A stretch of 64,000 nt of DNA. Source: a virus. Under the pieces are notes generated by a model, which searched no databases, was not told the DNA's origin, and saw nothing but the letters and a program-made list of their open reading frames with translations. Below are positions 48,960 to 58,745 of this stretch, one piece after another. Made by a program: the position numbers and the translations under genes. The number at the start of each line of letters is the position of its first letter. Positions within the stretch are counted from its first letter, which is position 1. Where the stretch lies: IMG/VR virus record IMGVR_UViG_3300031772_000001, positions 103,661-167,660 of that record, one strand, 5' to 3'.

Positions 48960-51900
48960 TCAAGGAGCAACGTCACCTATTGGATATATGACAAGCCTCT
49001 GTTTTGCTAAAGGATCAATATGAAGGATTATCTGTATTCCGGCCATAGTCGTTTTTGGAACAACCCAAACAGTTCTTTGCTTTATTCGGGATGTCCAAAC
49101 AGCAGGAAACTTAGGGTGAATTTCCTTGTTAACCACATCCGTAAATTCTCCATCTGTAAGCTGAATAATCATATCGGGGTTATGACACTTTGCAATTGCA
49201 TCCATAAAGTTATGTGAAAAATATGTCAAATCACCCTTAAAAGAATTACCTAACATAGCCTTCAGATGACTTGAGTTAAAGCTGGCATATCTAACATATT
49301 GGTTAGTTTTACGACTCCCCCAATACATTACATGAACAACAGTATTTCCCAAAATATCCCGATAAGTGTCAAAGAAATCTTTAAGAGCCATCAATGCGGG
49401 CTTATATTTCTGCATTGACTCAAAAGACTGTGACCTATCACACATAATAAGAATACTATCAATAGCAGGAACCTCAATGTCTCTACCTGTCCACCCCTCA
49501 ATCCTTCTTGATGGAGCATTAGGATCACGGCCTTCACCAACCCCAAGTATATTTGCCATAATCTTCTGCATTATTGTACGCCATCTACGAGCAGACCCCA
49601 AACTCTTAACAGCGGAAATCTTGGAAATATCAAGCACACCTTTACCAAACTCAGCATCAATAGCTGCCTGAAGATCAGGGTCATCACCGGCAAAGTCTTT
49701 TCCAACAAGAGACTTTAGATCCCTTGCGGTTTTATTAACAGCGTCTCCAAGAAGTTTGTCAAGTGCAGCATCCATCTTGGAAAGTCCGGGCTTAACCTCA
49801 CCATTCACAGAGTCATAAGGGTCAATATTAGAAATAATACCATTATCCTTGTCCTCTTTATCCTGCTTTTCATTCTCTTTGTCTGTCTTCTCTGCATCAG
49901 CTAAAACATCATCAAATTCCTTCTCAATATCGGATCTATCATCTGCTGGTTTTTCACCAGACTTTTCACCTTTTTTACCCTTCTTACCAGGCTCTCCCTT
50001 TGCACCCTTGTCATCGCCACTGTCATCACCCGAATCCCCGCTATCGTCCCCCGAATCATCCCCCTTTTTGCCTTTTTTACCACCCGCATCATCCCCTGAA
50101 TCATCTCCAGAATCATCCCCCTCGTCATCACCAGGCTCACCACTATCATCACCCTTCTTACCCTTTTTACCTTTCTTACCCCCCTCATCGTCTCCCGAAT
50201 CGTCTCCCGAATCGTCTCCCGAATCGTCTCCCGAATCATCTCCCGAATCATCTCCCGAATCATCTCCCGAATCATCTCCCGAATCATCTCCCGGTTCGCC
50301 CTTCTTTCCTTTCTTACCTTTCTTACCACCCGGATCATCCTCATCCCCACTTAAAGGCTCTATATCATCCTCAGTAACATCATAAGTATCATTGGCAGAC
50401 TCTATCTTGGATGAAAATACTTTTCCAAGGTCTATCTTGGTTTTACTTAACTTAGACTTGATTACCTTTCCGACAACTTCAGGTAATACTGTTATGGTGA
50501 TCTTTCTTTTCCCATTCTTATCAACATCCCCTACCTTTACAATCTGAGCAACCTCTCCGGTCGCCTTAACAGTACAAGAGTCACCAACTGACCACCCACC
50601 CTCACTATCCCCCTCATCATCCCCTTTATCGTCACCCTTCTTTCCCTTTTTACCTTTCTCGTCACCATCGTCATCACCCTTCTCATCGCCCTTTTCATCC
50701 CCCTCATCATCCCCCTTTTCTCCACCTTTCTTACCCTTTTTACCTTTCTCATCCCCCTCATCATCCCCCGAATCATCTCCCTCATCATCCCCCGAATCAT
50801 CTCCCGAATCATCCCCCGAATCATCCCCTCCGGGCTGTGACTTACCCTCATCATCGCCTTCGTCATCACCCTCATCATCCCCAGAATCATCCCCTCCGGG
50901 CTGTGGCTCTCCTCCGGGCTGTGGCTCTCCTCCAGGCTGTGGCTCTCCTCCGGGCTGTTCTGGTTCCTCTGACGGCTCCGGCTCTTTAGAAGGTTCACTA
51001 ACTGTCCCATGAACAATCAGATCATCAATATCAAATTCCTTCATTGATAGAAACTTATCAGGAATAACACCTTTACCAGTAAGAATATCTGCTAAATCAC
51101 GCTTATCAACAATTCCAACTCCTGCCTTATTTGTATCTGGAGAAACAGAGTTTACAACCCCCCACTCTCCGGTAGATTTACTTTCAACAATATCCCCAAC
51201 ACGAACTCTCGGCCTCTCCTTCTGTTGTTTTGGATCTTTCCTAACAGGATTCTTCTTTGCTTGTGCCTTTGTCTTGTCAGTATTAAACAATCTAAAGTGG
51301 AAGTAATCTTTCAATATTCCATAGAGTTGCATAATCTGGGCCGTAGAAACATTTTCCATACCATCCTGAATAACTGCTGGATTCATACTTAACACAATAG
51401 GATACTTCTCTTTATCTTTAATCTTACCAAAGAAACTACTAATTTCAGAGGTAGAGGCTTTAGTGGTCGTAATATAACCAATTTTTCCTATATCAACCAT
51501 CTTTGCAGATCCAAAAGCAGTTAGCTTAGAACCCTCAACAACAGCATGGGATACTAACAACCTTCCCATTCCGTTTATAGGCAAAAGATCCCTGTCCGGT
51601 CCTAATTCATCCTCATAACGTTTCGGATGTTTCCCCGGAACTTTTCTTGTTAAGTTGTAGTTAATGATACAATCTGCCCAAATATTATTCTCACCAAAAT
51701 TGAAACCCTGAACCACATTAAATCCACGCTTATGAGCATGTAAATTATTAACGTGGTCCACCTCATGCCTCAAAGCATACGCAACAATATGAGCTATTTT
51801 TGAAGACATGTCAAGTTTGCCTTCTTGTCCCATGTCCATTCGCGTACTTGTAGTACCCGTAGAACCCATCACCAAATACTGAGCAACAAACTTAACAAGA

Positions 51901-52433
51901 AACTCTCGGTTAATTGAAAGTGTAAAAGCCTCTAAAATCTCATTATACCCAACACCAAGAGTAAGAACCTTGGGATTATCATACACCTTCTTCATAGTCT
52001 GGTATACGTTACTATATGTATGAGTAGTAGCAAGAACCTTCTCACCAGCAGCTAAAAGCTCAGAAGAAAGACTATCAATATTGATTTTGCTTGATCTAAG
52101 AGCATCTGCAAAATTAGTATCAAACTTCTGTACCATCCCTTGATACTTCTTTGTCACCTCAAAAAACTTCTTCGTATCACAAAAACCATAAGAAATAGCT
52201 CTTCCGTGCTGTGGAAAAGTCAAAGTTAAACCAGTAGGAATCCCTCTAACAGCTACAATAGCCTGATAATTTATAGCATTCAACTCTTCATAGGTAAGAT
52301 AAGTTTCTTCAGTCGCCCTACTCGAACTATCTATATACCACTGTATAAATTTAGCATAATCATCAATAGTATTTATAGGCTCAGAATAAACACCCTTAAC
52401 AACAACACCAGATTGTTCGTATAACTTACGCAT
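48960..52433 (-). CDS. metallopeptidase-VWA protein (DUF2201-like MoxR partner) with long G/D/K low-complexity linker
   Basis: HEVDH..H..N..AD..IN zincin motif, MIDAS DRSQS...LTDGE, and two SH3/KOW-like modules in the linker. Confidence 0.85.
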   Translation of the reverse strand: MRKLYEQSGVVVKGVYSEPINTIDDYAKFIQWYIDSSSRATEETYLTYEELNAINYQAIVAVRGIPTGLTLTFPQHGRAISYGFCDTKKFFEVTKKYQGMVQKFDTNFADALRSSKINIDSLSSELLAAGEKVLATTHTYSNVYQTMKKVYDNPKVLTLGVGYNEILEAFTLSINREFLVKFVAQYLVMGSTGTTSTRMDMGQEGKLDMSSKIAHIVAYALRHEVDHVNNLHAHKRGFNVVQGFNFGENNIWADCIINYNLTRKVPGKHPKRYEDELGPDRDLLPINGMGRLLVSHAVVEGSKLTAFGSAKMVDIGKIGYITTTKASTSEISSFFGKIKDKEKYPIVLSMNPAVIQDGMENVSTAQIMQLYGILKDYFHFRLFNTDKTKAQAKKNPVRKDPKQQKERPRVRVGDIVESKSTGEWGVVNSVSPDTNKAGVGIVDKRDLADILTGKGVIPDKFLSMKEFDIDDLIVHGTVSEPSKEPEPSEEPEQPGGEPQPGGEPQPGGEPQPGGDDSGDDEGDDEGDDEGKSQPGGDDSGDDSGDDSGDDEGDDSGDDEGDEKGKKGKKGGEKGDDEGDEKGDEKGDDDGDEKGKKGKKGDDKGDDEGDSEGGWSVGDSCTVKATGEVAQIVKVGDVDKNGKRKITITVLPEVVGKVIKSKLSKTKIDLGKVFSSKIESANDTYDVTEDDIEPLSGDEDDPGGKKGKKGKKGEPGDDSGDDSGDDSGDDSGDDSGDDSGDDSGDDSGDDEGGKKGKKGKKGDDSGEPGDDEGDDSGDDSGDDAGGKKGKKGDDSGDDSGDSGDDSGDDKGAKGEPGKKGKKGEKSGEKPADDRSDIEKEFDDVLADAEKTDKENEKQDKEDKDNGIISNIDPYDSVNGEVKPGLSKMDAALDKLLGDAVNKTARDLKSLVGKDFAGDDPDLQAAIDAEFGKGVLDISKISAVKSLGSARRWRTIMQKIMANILGVGEGRDPNAPSRRIEGWTGRDIEVPAIDSILIMCDRSQSFESMQKYKPALMALKDFFDTYRDILGNTVVHVMYWGSRKTNQYVRYASFNSSHLKAMLGNSFKGDLTYFSHNFMDAIAKCHNPDMIIQLTDGEFTDVVNKEIHPKFPAVWTSRIKQRTVWVVPKTTMAGIQIILHIDPLAKQRLVIYPIGDVAP
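49960..50958. repeat. low-complexity coding repeats (GDDS, GDDE, KKGKKG, GGEPQP)
   Basis: About 9 tandem 12-nt ATCRTCTCCCGA units at 50187-50293. 18-nt GGEPQP units at about 50893-50958. Confidence 0.9.
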
Positions 52434-52854
52434 TACTTAGTGCCCCCATAGAGTCTACGATTTTCATTTTCCGGTCATCCCGCATAGTGTTCATCAAGTC
52501 TTCTACAGTCACAAAATTCCGTGTTACTCCGTCAAAACCTGTATAAACGTAAGTAGTAGCCTTTATATACACCATACTCAAAAAACCCTTGGAAAATACA
52601 AAATGTACAAAAGCCCGAATCTTGTACCTCTGACCCTTTACCCAAACAGTTGAAAGGTATATCAGAATCTCATTCTTCTGCATAATCATCTTATCTGCAT
52701 ACAAAGACCTGCTTATCTTTTCAAGGGTATTAAAATAAGAAGGATATTCTAACAACCTACAAGAAACAATATCCCCTTCTCCGGGAAGGTACTCTTGACA
52801 AGAAATACCCACTGTATCCATGACATCACTCAGCTTATCTTGAAGTTCGATCAT
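52426..52854 (-). CDS. hypothetical protein between the AAA and VWA genes
   Basis: Likely start MIELQD at 52854, coupled to the AAA stop (TAGTATG). Confidence 0.65.
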   Translation of the reverse strand: MIELQDKLSDVMDTVGISCQEYLPGEGDIVSCRLLEYPSYFNTLEKISRSLYADKMIMQKNEILIYLSTVWVKGQRYKIRAFVHFVFSKGFLSMVYIKATTYVYTGFDGVTRNFVTVEDLMNTMRDDRKMKIVDSMGALSNA

Positions 52855-52855
52855 A

Positions 52856-55800
52856 CTACTTTCCCCGTCCAGACTTTTGTTTGTTATAGGTAAGAACAGC
52901 ATTCACCATGTCTGGATCTTTCATTCCAAACTTCGCCATAACATAAGTAGCAAAGGTATTATCCAAAAACAACCTGTTAAACCACTCATAAAAATCATTG
53001 TTACCCTCAGCAGAAATTACCAAATTAAAAAAGAAATCTACGGCATGTCGCTCATCCACAACAACATCAACAATACCACGGAAGAAATTTTGCTGATTTA
53101 ACACATTTGTTTTGAAAATATCCGCGTGCGCTACCGCATCACTGGCAATCTTCTCAGTAACTTTCAATTGATCTGTCTGCAAGGAAAACAACTTCCTGAT
53201 GTACTTAACAGCAGTCGCCTCGTCAATAACGTCTGACAACTCCAACGAACTTCTCCCCATTGCTTCATTGAAGAAGGTAAGAAATTCAGGGGCATACTTC
53301 TCTCCGAGAATCGAAGTAATACCTTTAGTTCTGAAAATCTTAACTTGATTATCAATACTTAATAACTTTCCAAAACAATACCCAAGATTCTTTCTTAAAT
53401 TATCCATAGAATTATCATAATCTCCCTTTACAGCAGCATCCAAAGTATCATACATGCTCTGCACAAAATCCTTGACAGAATACTTAACACCTCCGTACTC
53501 CACAGGATCTATAGTTGGGTCATACCCCGCCCAATTCTTAGGAACAAGCTCAAGTAAAACCTTCACCCTATCAAGAAACCCGTCCTTATCCCTTGGAAAT
53601 GGTTGAATCATCCTCGACTCAATTGACCCATCATAATCAAGAACAGAACCACAAAATGAAATATTGTCCATGTGCTTAATCGACTTGTTCAACGTGCTCC
53701 AACCTCGAAATGTCGGAGCACCATGACCAAATCCTACATCATCAGATTCTCCTATAGGATCTTCTACATGCATAAACATCTTAACAAGTTCATCTGGGGT
53801 CTTACTTGCCAAGTAGTCAAGAATGACAGAGGAATACCCCTCTGACTTTATACCTGACAAATAATCCGTAGCATCCTTATCAGTATAACTAAGTTTTACA
53901 TACATAGCAGAACGGCCAGAGAAAGCAGAATCAATAGTGTTTGCTCCCTCATATCTATCACCATAATTCATAGCCTGAAGTACAACTACCTGTCCGGGTT
54001 CAAATTGGACGCCAAAGAGGCGGCAATCGCTGATTGCTTCAAAAACTGAGGACATCGCTGTTTGTTTTGCCCTATTCAACTCATCAAAAAACACAACCAA
54101 CTTCTGTCCCTTCTTGAGCTTCCTAATTCTTTTTGTAAACTCAATATCAGGAGCAAAAACAGTTACCTCTTCCGGTAGACTAAGCTGCCCCAAAATTGCC
54201 GGATCTTTCAACTGAGCATACAAAGGATGAGTTTCTGGTAACTTCCCTTTAAGATCCTCTAACGCATAGTCAATAGTGTTAATGGTCTTCGGTGCCCCCA
54301 TTACGTCAACTCTGTCTTTTTGAGACATATTGATAACAAATGGAGCATCCAAACCCATCTCTATACACACTTTATTAACACGATCTGTCTTGCCGTATGA
54401 TGTCGGGGTAATCATCATCATAGCATTACCACTACCAACACAATTTCTTATACCCTTCTTAAATTCATCTTGTTCTTTACCTGGGGAATCATCTACATGC
54501 TTGACTATACTCTTATAATTAGTCTTGAGATACTTCAAATATTCTGAAGATACATCATTCTCCCCTATCAAGTTAGTAATAAAGACAGGGTTAAAAAAGT
54601 CTTTCTTTGCTTCCACAGCATTAACATGATTACTTACAAATTCCCAAGACCTGTAATGAGGAAATGGATCTAATGCTGCCCTTTTCTCCTGACCATCACC
54701 GTACTTCTTGTAGATGTCAGCCAAGACATCAATACTATACGCCTTTTCGGGAGTATCTACAAAATCAACAACAGATTTATGCCATCCTGCACCCTGAATA
54801 TATTTCTTCCACCTACCATAAACATCTTTAGGATTAACATTTATAGACTCAAACCTTTGCGCTGCTGCCGGATCATTGATCATAGTAGTTGCATATATAT
54901 CATGTATCGAAGGATCTAACCCTATAGGGGCATTAGCAGCACACACTATACTACACTGCTTCATCGAATGATTATTATATATCTTCTGATTAAGAATAGC
55001 AGTAAGTGTTGCAATAACAGACTGAGGTGCCCGATTTATCTCATCAAGAAACAACAATACTGGCTTTTTCCATTCTTCAAACTTCTTCCTAAGAGCCTCT
55101 ATAGTATCCTTTTCATCTTTAGGAATATCTGGGGTATCTGTAAGATACTTCTCAATCTGAACATACTTCTGAGTCGCAAATTCCTGAAAATCATCCGTCG
55201 CCGTTATCATCTTGTCCATTGAAGCAGAATAAGACATCATCCTCTGTGTCTCATCATCAGTAGCAAACTTCTTCATACCTTCAAAGTCACTTCTTTCAAC
55301 AAATGCACAGTTTCTCACGAAAACACCAGAACTAAGAGCGAAATTATGGTATTCAGGGACATTCAAACAATACGCATTAGAAATTTCCTCAACTACCCAA
55401 GCAGACACAACCTTACAGTCCCTATTTTCTCTGCCTGACATTAACAAAATTCCAGAAATTAGGTCTTTTGCCTCACACTCAGAACCATCTCGAAGAATAA
55501 ATTTGTGGTCCGGCGTTACCCTTACCTTTTCTCCGTTATCAATCTCAACTTCAACAAAAGAAGCATTCTCTCTTGTTACTCCAAGTGCTGTGGCAAGAGC
55601 AGGAAAAATAGTCCCATCTTTCTTACATGAATAAACCCACACCTTATCACCAGCAGGAATATCTTTGATCTTTTTAGAAGTACCGTCAATCAACTTTATT
55701 TCTGTGTCCCCGTGTAAGCACCTGAAGTCCACAAGTCTATACCCAAGCTCTTTTGCTAATTTCTTTACAAGTGCAGATTTAGCTACGGCAGTAGGCCCAA

Positions 55801-56602
55801 TAAGTGTAGCAACTTGCTTCGCATCATCAGACCTTTTCAACAAATACTGTCTTAGCCACGTCTCAACAGGATCAAGTGTTCCTCCTGAAATACCTGGGGA
55901 AGCCCCACTACCGGCATTCGGAAGAGGAGCCTCGTACAACTCTTCACCCTGTCCTCGAAACTTCCGTAGCTGCTCTGTAAACTGCCCGATAGCCTCAGTA
56001 GTTGGAGTAGGAATAGCAGGGGTAGGAACAGTGGCATCCTTAGCTTCTGGATTCACAGGGGCAATTACAGGGGACACTCCCGGTCCATGATACTCAAGAC
56101 CAGCCTTATCTCTCTCAGCAAAAGCACCCAAAACACTTGCAGTAAGCAACGAGTTTACAAGTCCTTTTATCTCATCTGAACTCTTCGTATACCACAAAGA
56201 AACAATCTCACCAGCCTCTTTCACAATGGAAATAGAATCTGAAAAGTCTGAAATATTGAGTTTCGCCATCAGATTGTCTTCATCCAACGTGACATACCTT
56301 AATATCTCGGCATAGTCAACAACATCAATCAAAGCCTCTATCTTAGAACCCTCAGAATAAAGCTGCCTATTCAGTTCCTTAACATCATACAAATTCTCCT
56401 CTGCAAACACATACAAATTCAAAGGGTGTAGCTTGTAGAAACGAAAAGAAGCCTTTGCCGGAAAACCCCCAAATACAGGGTAAGTATCATACCCATAAAA
56501 AGGAGCAATCAACTCCTTCTTTGACAACATCCGGGTATAACTTCCTGTGAATCTTTGGGCAGAACGAACAAAAGGGAAGATACTCTCAATGTCCAAAAGC
56601 AT
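52856..56602 (-). CDS. tandem (double) MoxR-type AAA+ ATPase, intein-containing
   Basis: AAA1: GPTAVAKS, LLFLDEINRA, CAAN, DPAAAQRF. AAA2: TPTSYGKT, VFFDELNRA, QAMN, DSAFSGR, APTFRGW. Confidence 0.88.
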   Translation of the reverse strand: MLLDIESIFPFVRSAQRFTGSYTRMLSKKELIAPFYGYDTYPVFGGFPAKASFRFYKLHPLNLYVFAEENLYDVKELNRQLYSEGSKIEALIDVVDYAEILRYVTLDEDNLMAKLNISDFSDSISIVKEAGEIVSLWYTKSSDEIKGLVNSLLTASVLGAFAERDKAGLEYHGPGVSPVIAPVNPEAKDATVPTPAIPTPTTEAIGQFTEQLRKFRGQGEELYEAPLPNAGSGASPGISGGTLDPVETWLRQYLLKRSDDAKQVATLIGPTAVAKSALVKKLAKELGYRLVDFRCLHGDTEIKLIDGTSKKIKDIPAGDKVWVYSCKKDGTIFPALATALGVTRENASFVEVEIDNGEKVRVTPDHKFILRDGSECEAKDLISGILLMSGRENRDCKVVSAWVVEEISNAYCLNVPEYHNFALSSGVFVRNCAFVERSDFEGMKKFATDDETQRMMSYSASMDKMITATDDFQEFATQKYVQIEKYLTDTPDIPKDEKDTIEALRKKFEEWKKPVLLFLDEINRAPQSVIATLTAILNQKIYNNHSMKQCSIVCAANAPIGLDPSIHDIYATTMINDPAAAQRFESINVNPKDVYGRWKKYIQGAGWHKSVVDFVDTPEKAYSIDVLADIYKKYGDGQEKRAALDPFPHYRSWEFVSNHVNAVEAKKDFFNPVFITNLIGENDVSSEYLKYLKTNYKSIVKHVDDSPGKEQDEFKKGIRNCVGSGNAMMMITPTSYGKTDRVNKVCIEMGLDAPFVINMSQKDRVDVMGAPKTINTIDYALEDLKGKLPETHPLYAQLKDPAILGQLSLPEEVTVFAPDIEFTKRIRKLKKGQKLVVFFDELNRAKQTAMSSVFEAISDCRLFGVQFEPGQVVVLQAMNYGDRYEGANTIDSAFSGRSAMYVKLSYTDKDATDYLSGIKSEGYSSVILDYLASKTPDELVKMFMHVEDPIGESDDVGFGHGAPTFRGWSTLNKSIKHMDNISFCGSVLDYDGSIESRMIQPFPRDKDGFLDRVKVLLELVPKNWAGYDPTIDPVEYGGVKYSVKDFVQSMYDTLDAAVKGDYDNSMDNLRKNLGYCFGKLLSIDNQVKIFRTKGITSILGEKYAPEFLTFFNEAMGRSSLELSDVIDEATAVKYIRKLFSLQTDQLKVTEKIASDAVAHADIFKTNVLNQQNFFRGIVDVVVDERHAVDFFFNLVISAEGNNDFYEWFNRLFLDNTFATYVMAKFGMKDPDMVNAVLTYNKQKSGRGK
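55310..55720 (-). mobile_element. mini-intein (137 aa, no endonuclease domain)
   Basis: Begins CLHGDTEI, has block B VTPDHKF, ends HNFALSSGVFVRN followed by +1 Cys. Removal gives LVDFR|CAFVERSDF. Confidence 0.92.
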
Positions 56603-56611
56603 TTCAGACTC

Positions 56612-57796
56612 CTATAACTTTGCAGCCTTGACCAACATAATACGAATAATAACGTCGAGGTACTTGATATTTCTTGATTCTTCCACATTAGGCATCTTAT
56701 CTGACTCTTTTGCAACCCTACCAATAAGGGCATCAAGCTGTCCTGAAGTCATCCCTCTCAATGTCGCGCCCTTCATAAGAACCTGCACAGAACCCGAACT
56801 AATAGAAGACAGGTTATTGTAAGTATCATTCATAATAGCTGTATGCATACTCCACAACTCTGCTTCCTTTACTTTCCCCTCATACATACCCTCTAAAGTA
56901 GTAGGATCAACAACAGACACAAAATCAGGGTCGCCATCCATTATATCCGTAACAACTCTTCTGTAAAAATCCGGCTCTGTTGCTACCTGCGGGAAACTCT
57001 CGTGATAACTTGCATTATACTGAGCACTTGTAGCAATCAAAATACTGGCTACATCATAACCTCTTCCCGTATTCATTCCTGGTGTTAGCTTTCTTACATT
57101 CTTACTAGTCTTATCATACGCCTCTTCTATAGAATCATGCATCTCTTTACCGGAAATAATCTTTGACTCTTTACTTAATGCAAAAGTAGAGGTAACAAAA
57201 CTATTCCCCTGAGTATCACTTAGGTTAATCTCCCACTTTCCTTTCGCAAACTGATAAACAATAGAACTCTCCTGCTCAACAAGCATCTTCATGTATCTGT
57301 CAAAATCTGCTCCAAGATCCTTCTTGCCCGAAGGATCACTAAACTTGTTAACAAACATAAGAAAAAGAGGGTGTTTTGCATACTCTACAGCAGTGTTTCC
57401 ACCCAAATTCCAATTCATGACCATTTTCCCTGCCAAAACCCCTTTAAGTCCCTCAGATACTCTTTCCCTTCCCTCTTTAGTAGGAAGTAACTCTGCAAAG
57501 TCAAAAGCAACAAGTCCAAGCCGAGGATTCCCACAAAAACAAAAACAAAGACAAGCCTCATCCTCAAACCACCGCAAGCTACCAAAAGGAACCGTTCTAC
57601 CACTGGCAGTCAAAGCTGAACAGGTATACCTCTCGATAGGATAACCAGACGGTAATGAGTCTATCCCTTGATAAGCAAACGTAGTAAACTGGTCAAGCTC
57701 CACTTCAGGAGATAACCACGTATCAAACCTTTTGTCAGGGTCACTTCTTGTATATACTGATACAACTTTTCTCATTATCAAAAACCTATCTATCAA
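56612..57796 (-). CDS. hypothetical protein (AAA cassette)
   Basis: 394-aa ORF coupled to its neighbours. No motif recognised. Confidence 0.65.
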   Translation of the reverse strand: MIDRFLIMRKVVSVYTRSDPDKRFDTWLSPEVELDQFTTFAYQGIDSLPSGYPIERYTCSALTASGRTVPFGSLRWFEDEACLCFCFCGNPRLGLVAFDFAELLPTKEGRERVSEGLKGVLAGKMVMNWNLGGNTAVEYAKHPLFLMFVNKFSDPSGKKDLGADFDRYMKMLVEQESSIVYQFAKGKWEINLSDTQGNSFVTSTFALSKESKIISGKEMHDSIEEAYDKTSKNVRKLTPGMNTGRGYDVASILIATSAQYNASYHESFPQVATEPDFYRRVVTDIMDGDPDFVSVVDPTTLEGMYEGKVKEAELWSMHTAIMNDTYNNLSSISSGSVQVLMKGATLRGMTSGQLDALIGRVAKESDKMPNVEESRNIKYLDVIIRIMLVKAAKL

Positions 57797-58509
57797 GAAG
57801 ACATGTTGTTTATACCACGAACAATAGTAGAGAAAGACAGAAATAACTTATTTGAATCAGTGTCTTCAAATGAGTTTACAAACTCATCAAACTTCTTCTT
57901 ATCTTTCAACTTAGTAAACAACGCCTTATATAACCTCGATGTTTTTACTCTAATGTCAGCACAAGAGTAAAGCTCCGCAGCTAGGTTTTCTTTTGTAACA
58001 AAACCAGAAAACCCACCAACTCTTGTCTTATTATAGTTGTAACTCACAGCCAAAGGAAATGCTAAATAATAAGAGTATACAAAGCTCTTTAAGACATTAC
58101 CAACCTTACTTCCCGGCTTCATCACAGAAGGGTCCGCATCAACCATATCCTCAAGATGCACCCTGATTCCTGACCTGTCTGAAAGCAACCTATTCTTCAC
58201 AAATAAGGTATTATTAGTAAAAACATCATTCAATGTAGTAACAAGACTATCAATAGTTGCTTCAAGAGTACCACCATAAAGTTTTGGTAACTCAACCTTA
58301 TTCAACAACTCAAATGTTGTTCGCACACTTGCCCAAGTGGTATCAAAATTAACCCCAGAACTACCAAATCCGGCATCAAATATAATCCTATGTGTTATAG
58401 GATCTTGCTTCTTCCATGTAGCAAAAAACGACCTAACAGGTGTAATGGCTACCCACTGCCCCAAAACATCATAAAAAGACTTTATAGCAACAGTATCATA
58501 ACTTAGCAT
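57793..58509 (-). CDS. hypothetical protein (AAA cassette)
   Basis: Likely ATG start at 58509 (MLSYD) after GAGG. Confidence 0.65.
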   Translation of the reverse strand: MLSYDTVAIKSFYDVLGQWVAITPVRSFFATWKKQDPITHRIIFDAGFGSSGVNFDTTWASVRTTFELLNKVELPKLYGGTLEATIDSLVTTLNDVFTNNTLFVKNRLLSDRSGIRVHLEDMVDADPSVMKPGSKVGNVLKSFVYSYYLAFPLAVSYNYNKTRVGGFSGFVTKENLAAELYSCADIRVKTSRLYKALFTKLKDKKKFDEFVNSFEDTDSNKLFLSFSTIVRGINNMSS

Positions 58510-58744
58510 TTTTTGCCTCGTAGATTCTTCTAAGGATTCCAAACTCCGAAGATTCCCGTAAAAGTAAAGTGTCCCTCAACGACCTCTGCTCCTTAACAAC
58601 ACCCGAAACCCCTCCCAAAGACTTCTTGTAAGCCAACATACAAAGCTGACTCCACTTATCAGAGTTCTCCTCAATGTCAGGATAATCTCTTCCAACTGAA
58701 GCCTTCGCCTCTTCCCATGCTTTTTTCTTATTCACGTCGCCCAT
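58496..58744 (-). CDS. small putative head-associated protein
   Basis: WEEAK...YP...W......YKK helical module, with LRES and RRIYEA Glu sites. Confidence 0.55.
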   Translation of the reverse strand: MGDVNKKKAWEEAKASVGRDYPDIEENSDKWSQLCMLAYKKSLGGVSGVVKEQRSLRDTLLLRESSEFGILRRIYEAKNAKL

Positions 58745-58745
58745 G

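Noticed and set aside
49849-51016. Alternative-frame ORFs (SSPE-, MIRE- and HLPN-repeat proteins)
   Set aside because: They are shadows of the GDDS 12-nt repeats in the VWA gene.
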